A stretch of DNA of 63,355 nt, the filler included, from Kipferlia bialata (lineage: Eukaryota): NCBI GenBank assembly GCA_003568945.1. It is 4 parts of 4 records of this genome, joined end to end, with 100 filler letters (N's around TTAATTAATTAA, not from the genome) between each part and the next. Parts side by side here need not be neighbours in the genome. Positions count along the whole stretch, not along the records: positions 1 to 11,076 come from BDIP01000150.1; positions 11,177 to 39,542 come from BDIP01000151.1; 2 more parts are not named here. One strand, 5' to 3'. The notes beneath the pieces are model-generated. The model was not told the DNA's origin and searched no databases. It worked only from the letters and a program-made list of their open reading frames with translations. Positions 1 through 11,259 of the stretch are shown here, piece by piece. How positions within the stretch are numbered: position 1 is the stretch's first letter; every line of letters begins with the position of its first letter. Made by a program: the position numbers and the translations under genes.

Positions 1-125
1 TAAGGAGTAGCGGAGTGGGGGGGGGGGGGGGGGGGGGGGGGGGGATAGAGTAGGGAGAGAGAGGGAGAGAGAGAGAGAGACAGACACAGACACAGACACA
101 GACAGAGATGGTATATGACACTCAC

Positions 126-837
126 CCTGAGGAGCAGCGTGAAGAGCCGCACGTAGAGCTTGGCAAAGTTGGGTTCGAGGCATGCCTTCTCGTATATCTC
201 CCTAGCCAGCTGGGAGAGGATGTCTCTCTTGTCTGCCAGGGAGACAGAGACAGTGTCATCTAAGAGAGACCGGTAGAGCTGCACCAGCTGATCCACAAAG
301 TGGGGGAGCGAGGATACAGTGATCTGAGGTGAATGGAGACTGAGAGGGGGAGCGGGAGGTGTACAGCAAGGAAACGGAAGTATATTCCACTATTATACCC
401 GATGATACCTTGTTCAGGACTTGGACAGTGTCTTGGCGGTACTGCTCCACGACACTCCCAGAGGCCTTGGCATGCAGTCTAGCGAGTGCTGGAATACCAA
501 GTAGATAGCTGGTATCGCCCACCTCTCCCTCCGCACACCCCATCATATAGCACTCAAGGGTGAAGGTGAGGGACTCTCTGGTGGCACTGTCCATGCTAGG
601 GGGCGGCAGGTGGCACTGCGGCAGGTCCTTGAGGCGCAGCAGCATGTCAATGGAGTACCGACGCTGCAGTGTGTTGGGCTTGTGTCTAGTGTTGGACTGA
701 GAGTTCTGGCGGGCTATCATGTTCTTCACCATGGAAAGCATGGCACTGGCATAGGCTTGTGACACATCACTAGACTCTTCTGGCAACTCTACATCCGAAT
801 GTGCGTCAATGACACTGGGGCTTATTGCTGAGGGCAT
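126..837 (-). CDS. eIF4G-like protein with an eIF4E-binding motif and the start of a MIF4G domain; 3'-partial; exons 837-409 and 323-126
   Basis: ATG at 837. Exon 1 carries YSIDMLL (YxxxxL-phi 4E-binding consensus). Removing the GT-AG intron 408-324 joins VQVLNK to ITVSSLPHFVDQL...LAREIYEKACLEPNFAKLYVRLF, matching the MIF4G hallmarks LNK(L/I)T and IFEKAxxEPxFxxLYA. The next donor GTGAG is at 125 and the gene runs off the window. Confidence 0.72.
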
Positions 838-1042
838 TGTTCGCCCTTGGTGAGAAGAAAGAGAGGTGAGAAACGGCACCGTCCAATGACACATCAGTGG
901 CACCGATTCAAGCTATGCGAGTTAATTATCGGTCACAAAAATTCCTCTCTAATCCAATGATTTCGTTCATATGCAATCAAATCCCATATGCACCAATCAA
1001 TAATTGATTGGTGGTCTCTCTTCAGCCACAGGCATTATCCAA
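838..1042. promoter_or_regulatory. Short divergent (bidirectional) promoter region with several CCAAT motifs and a CCAAT-containing palindrome
   Basis: About 205 bp lie between the divergent ATGs at 837 (-) and 1043 (+). CCAAT occurs near 883, 954 and 993. A perfect inverted repeat caccaatcaat-a-attgattggtg sits at 991-1013. Confidence 0.45.
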
Positions 1043-4000
1043 ATGAATCGTCCCACTACCCCTAGGGGAACCCCAATTCAGGCCGGAACACCAGGCCCCG
1101 CCACACCCACCACCCCCGGTATGTAAACGTTAAGCGTAACAGAATTTTTTTCACACTGACCGTATCAATGATACTCATACCTCACTCGTAGGCGCCAACC
1201 TGAAGACCGAGCCCATCGCCGAGTCCAGCTTCCACGTGTGCCACACCGCCCAGGATGACCACACTGAGTACCTCGCCGACCGCCTCGGCTTTGTCGCCGA
1301 CCCCGAGGAGCGCGATGCCCACGGCACTCTCCTCCAGGTATACAGTCACCCCCCCTCCCCCTCCCCCCTCTATCCTTCCTAGTCTCTCTGACCTGTATCT
1401 GGAGCTTACGCCAGGAGTCCGTCGCCCTCTCTCTGCAGGCCGCCGGTATCACCGTGCCCGCCACCCACCTCGGCGAGCAGCTCTCCGCCGTGTCCAAGGC
1501 CCTCCTGAAGCGCCTTGCCGCCCAGGGCGCCCAGCTTGAGACCAGGCACCCCCCCGCCGATGTGCGTATCCAGACCGCCCTCGAGTCCGCTCTCGAGGGC
1601 GTCACCGACAACGTGCCCACCCTCCCCACCAGCACCGTCTTCCTCGACAGGTACTCCAATCATGGCCGTATCTACTTTGTGTGACAGTAGTATCCTCCTG
1701 TATCTAGTGTATCCTTGTTCATATCTTGTATGCTTATACCAGGTGCGGCATGGCCCGTGTCCTTGCCCTCCCCCTCAAGGAGGACAGGTTCGAGAACGAG
1801 TACATGTCCGTCTACAGGACCGCCCAGGGTACGTCATGACTTCTTATTCATATAGCGTTGCATATATGTGCCTCTGATAGGCCACTATTCTTGTCTTACA
1901 GTACATATCTCCATGTCGGTGTCGGACCGCTCACTGACGTTTGTTGATTGATCTATTTGATTGGTCCAGTGTATGCCACCTCACCTCACCTTCAGGCGTT
2001 CTCGTCAACCCCGAGCACGATAGGCGCACCACCAAGGGTGTGTTCCACATCGTCGAGTCCGGCATCCCCGTCCCCTCCGACAAGATTGCCGTGCCCAAGG
2101 TCGCCTGGGCCAACCTCCTCCACCACGCCCTCAACCCCCCCGAGGAGCTCCTCCAGGTCCCCTACACCAGCTCTCTGCCCGGCCCTAAGGGCAAGGCCTG
2201 GGCCTCCCTCCTCCTGACCCCCTGCGTCTCCCCAGGCGTTTGGGGCTTCCAGGCTGAGAAGAAGATGGAGATCAGAGCCTTCGCCCCTGGCTCCCTCGTG
2301 TCCTGCCTCGACTTCATCGAGCACGTGTTCGGCAACGGCGGCGACCCCTGGCTGCCCGAGAACGATCTGATGCTCGACCCCATCCACTTTGCCGGCACCA
2401 CAGGCTGCATCATCTTCGCCCCCCACCTCCGCAAGATCACCAAGGTGCAGGCCGGCCTCCCCAAGTACGAGGACGCCCTCCCTGCCCAGCAGAGGTCCGG
2501 CATGTGCTACAAGGACGAGTCTGAGCTCTACCACAACGGCTCCCCCTTCAAGCTTGTCTACCGCGAGGGAGGCAGCATCATCACCATCATCGCCGACACC
2601 TACCTTGGATACGCCAAGAAGGAGTGCAAGGGCATGCTCTCCTACGCCGCCAACCGCCTCGGATTCTGCGAGGAGGAGCACGCCGGTGGAGCCATCGTTG
2701 AGTCCTCCCACATGCTCGGCCAGAACTTCTACGCCGACTCTAGGATCAGGCGCATCACCAAGCCATTCTCCAACACAAAGTGAGTATACTTCTCTCTCTA
2801 TCTCCCCCCCCCCCCATTTCCATATGTATCTCCTCTCACCCCAGGGCCATGCTGGGACCCATCATCGACTACGACGAGAAGCTCGGCTGCTGCTTCGACA
2901 AGAAGTACGGCAAGGCCATCTGCTACACCCCCGAGACCCTGCGCATGAGCATCGAGAACCGCTCTGCCAACTGGGTGCACCCCGTCACCGGGGAGCTTGT
3001 CGAGACCAAGCTGCGTGCCAACACCTGCTACATGATGCCCAACGGATACACCGTGGAGATGGTCAAGAACTCCAAGACCAAGGTCTGGCAGCTCATTGGC
3101 ACCAGCCCCAGAGCCCTCTTCTGCCACAAGCCAGCCACTGTGTCTGGCGGAGGCAAGTCTGAGATCTCCAAGCCCATCGAGGGCGCCATCGTGTACAGCT
3201 CCTACTACGTCAACGACTTCAAGGAGCTCATCGCCGACACCAAGGCCATCCTCGCCAAGGACTTCTACCCCAGGTTCAACGAGGGCTTCCGTCAGGACGA
3301 GCGCGAGAACAACCAGTCCCGCGCCATCCTCTCTGACGAGCGCTCCCTGGGTTCCGTCATCAAGCTGCTGACTGTCGACGAGATCAAGTACACCCCCGAG
3401 TACAACGACTGGCTGCGCTCCCTCTCCATCGAGGCCAGGACCTTCGTCCTCACCCTCAAGGCCCTGTACAAGAAGGACTGGGGCGCCAACTGGGAGGCCA
3501 AGTTCGGCGTTGACATTGTCAACGGCCAGCCTGGCCACCAGCTCCTCTACAAGTCCCGCCTGATGCGTGCCGGATACCTCCGTGTCGGCATCACCCCCGA
3601 TGGCTCCTGGAGGAACTTCCTCCTGAGGCCCGACTTCTCCCCCTCCCAGAAGCACCAGATGGAGGACGACATCTCCGCCACCATCACCGTGCCCGCCTGG
3701 TGCGACACCTCCGCCCACCCCTCCTCCATCGGCCACCCCGTGGCACTCAAGATGGTGTCCAACCCCGAGTTCAGGTTCTTCCAGAGGCCAGACGACGCCA
3801 TCGTGCCAGGCTTCGATGTGGAGGCTGAGCGCGACCTCTCCAACATCGGCGGCAACGCCCTGATCGCCAACTTCGAGCCCATCACCAAGGACGAGATGAA
3901 GGTGATGGCCCAGGACGTCATCAACGTGGACAAGTTCACCCCCCCTGTCCAGAAGCTCATTGCCCTCCAGGCATCCGAGGAGGCCACCGACGAGCTCTGC

Positions 4001-5158
4001 GTTGTCTCCAACAGGCCCCGTATCGTGGATGGAAAGCCCACCAAGAACGTGCGCTACCTCCAGAACAGGCCCGAGTGGACCAACCCCATGAAGACCTACC
4101 GCGCTGAGGTGTGCGGCCGTCTAGAGCGTGGAGTCACCCTCGACACCCCCCTCAACTGCCCTGTGGGTCTTGTGCTCCCAGGCCGTAGGCTGAACCCCTC
4201 TTCCGGTGGCAACCGCCCCCTTGCTGTGTACTCCGCTCTCCACTACCAGGAGCTGCCCGAGCTCTTTGCCGACATCATGGCCTCTCCCTCCGGCAAGTCT
4301 CCCTCCACCACCGGTGCCGGTATCGAGGGACCCCTCACCAAGGGCCCCTTCAACTGCATGCCTGCTGTGCTCGACCTCAACGCCGCCCTCCTCTCTCTCA
4401 TCATGACCGGCGACCCCTGCTACACCACTGCCGCCGGATACATCGGCTCCCAGTTCCGTGTCGACCACGACATCTCCCTCCTCATCCCTGAGGTGATGGC
4501 ACGTATGTCCGAGAAGGAGAGGCGCCCCGAGTTCCTCATCGACCACGGATACCTCGAGAAGATCGAGGACTTCGAGCACGAGGGCAAGCTCGTCAAGGCC
4601 TCCCGCCTTGGATACCGCATGACCCGCAAGATGGTCTCCGTCTTCTTCAGCCGTGTGTTCGCCAACACCGACGGCCTCTTCCCCGAGTCCGCCCTGCGCC
4701 CTGAGAAGCAGTCCATGGACGAGTTCATCGCCGGCCTCGAGCACGTCATTGAGTGCCAGGAGACCGTTGCCTCCCAGCTCCTCGAGAGCGGCGCTGTCTT
4801 TGACGCCATCGAGCCTCTCAAGGCCATCATCTACTGCGTGGCCACCGGCTCCTACAACGGCAAGACCATCGACCACCCCGAGATCAGGAAGCTGTTCACC
4901 AGGGACTACGTCATGGCCTCCGCCTGGTACCACGAGATGCTGGTTGCCAAGCAGAGGTTCGACGCCACCAGGCTGCAGGACGGCATGTCCTACCTCTCCT
5001 CCTTCATGGCTGGCAGCGGATGCGGCGCCACCTGCCAGAGGCTCAACCTCAAGAACAGGTACTCTGTGCTCAACAAGCGCCTGCAGCTCGTGAGGTCTCC
5101 CGAGTACGTGGACCTCATCAGAGGCACCACCGGTCTCTCTAAGGTGTCCCACCTCTAA
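1043..5158 (+). CDS. PEPCK: Pyrophosphate-dependent phosphoenolpyruvate carboxykinase (PPi-PEPCK / PEP carboxytransphosphorylase), about 1213 aa; exons 1043-1118, 1192-1337, 1415-1650, 1743-1828, 1996-2779, 2845-5158
   Basis: Five GT-AG introns give a continuous 3642-nt frame ending in TAA. Family motifs include DRRTTKGVFH, EEEHAGGA, CHKPATVSGGGKSEISK, QMEDDISATITVP, RFFQRPDDAI, HYQELPELF, GKSPSTTGAGIEGPLTKGPFN and RVDHDISLLIPE. Extreme C-ending codon bias suggests high expression. Confidence 0.92.
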
Positions 5159-5400
5159 GCACCCAGAGAATGCGGTGGAGAGAAGGCTCTCTCTGACGTC
5201 TGCAGTCGGTCAGGGAGACAGCAGTGTGTGTTGGTCGGCATGACCCAGTGTATCTATAACAAGAACCAAAGAATTTATTAAAGTCAGATTAAATGATGTG
5301 TTGCTATCTGTGTGTTGGTGTAGTGGTGTGATAGTGAATATATAGCAGTGGAAACCTGTATGAAATAGTCAACCAGTGGAGATAGAGGAGTAACGGCAGT

Positions 5401-7449
5401 CTATCTATTCAGCCAATGCAGGTCGGATGCTGGTATCTCTCCCAGTGACAGAGAGTGCGATGCACCCATATATGTATCTGGCAGTATAGATGAGTTGGCA
5501 TCACTGTAATGTGCCAGTAGCGAGGTCTCATCAGAGAGAGTGCTCTCATCTGCGAGGGGCCCTGCATTGAGGCCCTCCCCCACCAGGAACTGGGCCCTGG
5601 CCCTATCGTACCTGGGCCACACCTCCCCTATAGACGGCTCATCCAGAGACTGCGAGACAGAGAGGGGGAGGGGGGGCTCCACATCTTGTGTCTGCTCAGG
5701 CTCCGACACGTGACTGGGCACCGGCTCAGGAGTGAGGCGGAGGGGTGGGGGGCATATGGGGGAGAGGCCGATGGAGTGGGCCGAGGGAGGGGAGGAGCAC
5801 GGGAGGGCAACGGGGATGGGCGAGATGGACCTCTCTCTGGGTACCCTCCTGGGCTCCCTCACCAGCTGGGTCACTGTGACATGCGAGTAGGGCGTGGGTT
5901 CCTCCACAACCATCTGGGTGGCAACCTCAGTCCTTGCGGGTGCCTTTCTGGGCTCTGGTCTGGCCAGTACCCTAATCTCTGTGGCAGCTGGAGGGGGAGG
6001 GGAGAGAGGGGTACTGACACGCACAGGGGACGGGACTCTGTGGGGGGACAGAGCCACAGACACAGTAGTGACAGCAGGTGGGGGAGTGGGGGAGGGGGAG
6101 GGGGAGCGGAAGACCAGGGGCTGGGGTCTCTGGGGGTGTGGGGACAACGCCACCGAGTGTGACAGGACCCTAGGTGCAGTGACGACTGGGGTGGCAGGGA
6201 TGTCACCAGCTGCAATCATCTCAACAGGCACCGCAGTCTCCTCCCTCACCTCCTCCTCCACAGGTGTCTCTGCAAGCATGGCCTGTAACCGCTGCATGAC
6301 ACGCACCCGCATGGCCTCCTCCCTTAGCTTCTCCCGCACCCTCTCCTCCAACAGATGCATGAACCCAGAGTCGTCCTCGGGCTCATGCTCAGGCTCAGGC
6401 TGACTCTGGACAGGAGCAGACACCTGGTTGACAGAAGGGGGCATGCTCAGGCGGGTGAGGGGGGGTGGGGCGACAGAGGGGGAGCGGCGAGGGGGCAGGG
6501 GCTGGGCATGGGCGTGAAAGACACACCGTGGGCACAGTTCGTATCTGACTCGCCGGGTGCTCCTAGGGGGGGATACACGCGGGGGAACCACTCTCCTAGG
6601 TGCAGTGACCACCTCTGTCTCCTGCGTCACCTGGGTGCCCGCATCTGTGTGGACCACCTCCTCTCTCTCCTCTCTCTGACTCTCTATCTCTGGCCTAGGG
6701 GGGGTGTATGTGGCAGTGGCCTCCGACACCTGCTGGGGGGGTATCTGGGGGGATACAGTGGAGGCCCGAGGGGTAACAGAGGCCTCAACATGTCTCTCGT
6801 GGGGTGAGAGGGCCACGGAGTGCATAGCACGGGGGGTGGGGGCACCTATTCCCCTAGAGACCAAAGAATGGACGTTGTGGGGTGAGAGTGCTACATCCAG
6901 ACGTGGGATGGGGGATATGGACGGACGCCTAGGGGGGGAGGCTCGGGTAACAGACTGTAACCGTGGAACAGGCGGTGACACACGCTTGGGAGATCGGGTG
7001 GCACTCCGGGAAGGAACCCGCCTCTGCACTGGCTTGGGCTGTGGTCTAGGAGACACCTTAGGCTTGGCCTTAGGACGTGTGTTCTCAGCACGCCTTGGCT
7101 GAGGCTTAGTAGTCCTCAACCTAGGCTTAGGATGTGTCTCCTGGGGGCGCAATATGGGCACAGCGTACCCTGGGTCAGGCACAGGGGGTGCGGCAGCTAG
7201 GAGAGACCCAATATTCACTGCTGGAGTGTATCGGGAGGGGGGGACCTGCAAGGGGGTGGGCACGTCCACTGCAGTATCATACTGAGTGGCAACCCGGTGC
7301 CCTGCGTCAGGGTTTCTAGGCTCCGGCGCCACTTCGATATTGTCCAAGTCGAGGTCTGGGAATACAATGGGCGCAAAGGTGATCTCCTCCTGCTTCGAGA
7401 AATCAATCACATCCGGAAGATGCGACTTCCCAAGCTGCTCGCGAGGCAT
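5401..7449 (-). CDS. Intronless Pro/Ser/Arg-rich, largely disordered protein (682 aa) with a short central coiled coil
   Basis: Long ORF from ATG to TAG with a repeated (H)SVALSPH motif, a LEERVREKLREEAMRVRVMQRLQAML helix and an acidic C-terminus. Confidence 0.75.
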   Translation of the reverse strand: MPREQLGKSHLPDVIDFSKQEEITFAPIVFPDLDLDNIEVAPEPRNPDAGHRVATQYDTAVDVPTPLQVPPSRYTPAVNIGSLLAAAPPVPDPGYAVPILRPQETHPKPRLRTTKPQPRRAENTRPKAKPKVSPRPQPKPVQRRVPSRSATRSPKRVSPPVPRLQSVTRASPPRRPSISPIPRLDVALSPHNVHSLVSRGIGAPTPRAMHSVALSPHERHVEASVTPRASTVSPQIPPQQVSEATATYTPPRPEIESQREEREEVVHTDAGTQVTQETEVVTAPRRVVPPRVSPPRSTRRVRYELCPRCVFHAHAQPLPPRRSPSVAPPPLTRLSMPPSVNQVSAPVQSQPEPEHEPEDDSGFMHLLEERVREKLREEAMRVRVMQRLQAMLAETPVEEEVREETAVPVEMIAAGDIPATPVVTAPRVLSHSVALSPHPQRPQPLVFRSPSPSPTPPPAVTTVSVALSPHRVPSPVRVSTPLSPPPPAATEIRVLARPEPRKAPARTEVATQMVVEEPTPYSHVTVTQLVREPRRVPRERSISPIPVALPCSSPPSAHSIGLSPICPPPLRLTPEPVPSHVSEPEQTQDVEPPLPLSVSQSLDEPSIGEVWPRYDRARAQFLVGEGLNAGPLADESTLSDETSLLAHYSDANSSILPDTYMGASHSLSLGEIPASDLHWLNR

Positions 7450-7674
7450 AGCAACTCAAACCTGCACCAGTCACAAGGTAGGCCTTCACAGGTGCACCAC
7501 AAGTGAGAGAGCGCCAATGGAGCAAGCCATAAATCGGGTCGTTGTTTTTGTTTCCTACCTGGGATCTGCACCCCTTAGTCATTAGAAGAGAGGCATCTGG
7601 ACACATGCTGTTTTGAAGTGCACACAGGGAGAGAGACTGCTTGTGGATAGGGAACTCTGCGTTGATCTTGTGGC

Positions 7675-10600
7675 ATGCCACGATCACAAGTGGACGAGCC
7701 GCTGCCGTCCGTTCCCGCTGCACTTGATCTAGAAGAGGCGACTGCTGCAGTCAAGGCCCTGGATGCCGAGACGCTTCGACGCCCAGACGACGACCTGTTC
7801 ACGGACGCTGACCTTGCGGCAGTGGTAGCTGAGTGGAAGACCTCCGAGGGCAACGTTTGGTTCGCTCAGGGGCTTGTACCACCTATTCAGGTAGTGTATG
7901 AGATAGCATTCACGATATGTATCTGTGACTGTATTCATGCTTGTGTTGTCCTTGAATACCAACGCCGATGTTTGATTCTTCCTCTATTTGCTTGGCTTTG
8001 GACTATATCTCTATACTGGTGCACCTAGCTGCACATGGGATTGATACCCTGGGTCATTATATTAAGCCAGTCTCACCTCAGGGTGCCGTCGATGTGCTCA
8101 CCAGCAAACACAAGGAGGCCAGTGATGCAGATGGAGGCCCACTAGTGTTCATCATCTTGGAGACAGATAGGTATCCCCCCCCCCCCTCCTCACTAGCATA
8201 CTTGTGTTTATGTATAGTATTTATGTAGAGTCCAGCCTTCCTCACCTTTAGGCATGTGGCAGCAGCCAGTACTCTCATGCCTGGGTATGTGGACCTAGTG
8301 TCCGCAGTGTCCCCAAGTGGTGAGCTCTCCGAGGGCATTACCGCCGTGCTCATATCCGAGCAGAGGGCCTGGGCCCATGGGGCCGAGTATCTCACAGGCC
8401 TCTACTGCCACCTCTTTGTGAGGTACAAGGGTATCAGGGCATTCGGGGGCCTCCTCGCCTTCCAGAACTGCGACCCCCCTGACTTCCTCCTCCGCCCCTT
8501 CGCCCGCTTCTTCTGCAAGTACCCCTCAGAGCTCACCAAGTGGGGCGTGGCCGGGAGGTCTGCTGTCGACTGCAAGATTGGGGTCTGGCTGATGTCGCGG
8601 GCGCTGTGCGTGGGAGTGCCCCCTCCCGCTGCCGAGGCCCGGCCTGTGTACAGGGTGCACCACGGGGTCGAGTTCCTCCCCTCCCCCACACGCATACCGA
8701 CCATGGTGATGGACATCCAGCCCGCAGTGTACACCAAGGAGAGGTCGCTGGTGGTGCTGATAGTGCCCGAGATGAACTGTGGGGAGCTGCAGGAGCTGAA
8801 CAGGTGCATCACGCTCCTGTCCCTCCTCCCCATCACCATCAACGAGGGCCTGGCCGACTGGGACCAGACCATAGGGGAGTATCTGACGGAGAACACCCCC
8901 AACGTGGTCCTACTGGACGTGCCTCTCGACGTCTGCAGGACGGAGGGGGTCGCTCTAGACATATTCAACCAGTTCTGGGCCTGGTGTGCCACAGAGAGAG
9001 GGGACAATGCAGTGAGTGTGGTGTGTCTCAGCCAGACCAGGGGGACTGGTAGGCAGGGGGGCCTGCTAGGTTCAGCCCTCCATAGAGATATGGACCAGAT
9101 TATAGGCATGCTGGCATACGTCAGAGAGCACTGGAAGGGGTCCAAGCCCCTCTTCCTGGGGTCGGGTACCAATGTGCCCGAGGGGTCTATCCCCTGTGAC
9201 TATCACCCCACCATGTCCCACTGGCACGACCCCCATGGGTCAGGGACAGGGACAGAGGCAGGGCATGCATTGGAGGTGGTGGGGGAGGGAGCCGGGGCTG
9301 AGATGTGTGAGACGTGCATCGAGGCCTATCGCAAGGCATCCTCCCACTCCTACACACTGCCAGAGCTGGCCCTGGTGCTGATATGGGCCGAGAGTGATCA
9401 CAAGCACGACTACGCCTCTGAGCTCGTTGCAGAGATTGACTGTCTGGCCAACATGCTCACAGTCCTGACCCCTAGGGTGCTGTACACCGCTGCGGATGTC
9501 ACTGCTGTTGTGCGGGGGTGGCTGACCAACCACGGGTACTGCTGGCACGTTGCCAGTGCCACACCGGCCATCCAGGCCATAGTGAATGTGCTAGAGGGTA
9601 GGGTCAAGGCCCTAGCTAGGCCAGAGACCCCCTCCCCCGTCTTCATCCTCCTGGAGTCAGACAGGCACGTCGCTGCAGCCCACCAGATTGACCCCACCCT
9701 CAAGCCTCTGCACACGGGTCTCGTGTGCTCTAGCATCGCCCCTGGTACCAACGGCATCCTTATCTCCATGGAGAGCGTCGACAGGAACCCCAAGCAGTAC
9801 CTGGAGCTCATGTACTCGCTTGTCACGCTGAGGCGGGAGGTACCAGACTGGTATGGGGGTCTGATGGTGTCTGGCTGTGCCTCCATCTCCTACCCTGTCC
9901 TGAGGTGCTTCCGGATGCTTCTGCGGCGGTTCCCTGTCCTGAGGCCCCTTCTGGCAGTGCACATGGAGAGCGCCGCTGCCTGCCACGCCGTCCTCATGCC
10001 CCTCTCTGCCTATCTGCTGGAGACCCCCTACCTACAGGACTGCCCCCCTGAGCGCAGGGTGCGGTGGGTGCTGGATGACGTCAGTGAGAGACTGGGTCTC
10101 ATGGTGTCTGACATGTTCACCCTGAGGCCTGAGACTGCCAGAGAGGAGGTGGCACTGAGAGGGGGAGACACCGCCGCAGATGGCGTCACAACCCACCCCT
10201 CCGTCGCCCTCTACTTCGTCGGCGACCTGGGCCCCAGCACCATCAGGAGCATGGGCAATGCTATGACAGGCCACGGCATATCGAGTGTGGTCACTGAGAG
10301 CTATGGCAGCCAGACCACCGGAGGCGAGGCTGCAGTTGAGAGGCTCAAGGGCGTACTCAATGCACACAGGACGGATGTGATTCTGTGCTCATACTCTCTG
10401 GGTGGCGCTATGGGGGAGGTGGACTCCAGACTCACTAGGGTCCTGTGGGAGTGGCTGGCGGAGAAGAGGATGAACGTGCACGTCGGGTACATCACCCCCC
10501 ACACCTACACACACAACATGCCTCTGTCCTTGACCAAGCGTCTCGGCAACCTGTCCACCTACCTCCCTCCCGTACTAGAGGACCTAGTTGTGGTGCCGGC

Positions 10601-10991
10601 TCAGTGTGTGGAAGACAGGGTGGCAGAGAGAGAGTGGGTGGGAGAGGGCAAGGACCCCTCGGACAGAGTGAGGCTCAAGGGCATGGCAAGTGGGGCCCAC
10701 CTGCGGGAGCTCTCCAAGCTCTGCTACGTGCAGCGCTACACCCCGGAGTGTCTTGCCTGGCTTCCCCTCCCACCCCCCTTGGGAGAGGGGGCGTCCTCTC
10801 TGCCTAGGGTGTTCTGCCACCCCTCAGGGTCTGTGTACAGGCACATCAGGGTACCCTGTAGAGAGAACATGCTCGCTGCCTCTAGGATCAACAGGATGCC
10901 AGTGGAGCCCCCCCTGGATGATAGGGCCCTGGCCTCTGTGCTGGCCAAGCTGTGCCTAGAGAGACAGCTCACCCTCCCGCAGAAGTACTCG
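7675..10991 (+). CDS. Hypothetical protein (>1000 aa, 3'-partial) built from two diverged tandem copies of a roughly 500-aa unit; exons 7675-7890, 8082-8170, 8252-10991
   Basis: GT-AG introns preserve the frame. FTDADLAAVVAEW...PPIQGAVDVL...PLVFIILETDRHVAAA aligns with YTAADVTAVVRGW...PAIQAIVNVL...PVFILLESDRHVAAA. A donor GTGCGT at 10992 precedes the contig end. Confidence 0.75.
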
Positions 10992-11027
10992 GTGCGTACT
11001 ATTTATATATACCACACAATATATAAC

Positions 11028-11076
<49 letters not shown>

Positions 11077-11176
11077 NNNNNNNNNNNNNNNNNNNNNNNN
11101 NNNNNNNNNNNNNNNNNNNNTTAATTAATTAANNNNNNNNNNNNNNNNNNNNNNNNNNNNNNNNNNNNNNNNNNNN
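11077..11176. other. Artificial contig-joining spacer
   Basis: N44-TTAATTAATTAA-N44, with stops in all six frames; identical to the other two spacers. Confidence 0.97.
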
Positions 11177-11259
11177 CTTAGGGAGTGTGTTTTCTCCCCC
11201 CCCCCCCCCCCCCCCCCCCCCGCTTTCGCGACCAGTTCTGTTACTGATACTCACCCCAG

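Noticed and set aside
1165..5152. Long antisense and alternative-frame ORFs over PEPCK (e.g. 1992-2711, 2798-3736, 4121-5152)
   Set aside because: Shadow ORFs expected from extreme C-ending codon bias.
11077..11176. Palindromic TTAATTAATTAA inside N runs (also 39543-39642 and 59693-59792)
   Set aside because: Identical synthetic six-frame-stop linkers between contigs. They are not biological, and adjacency across them carries no information.
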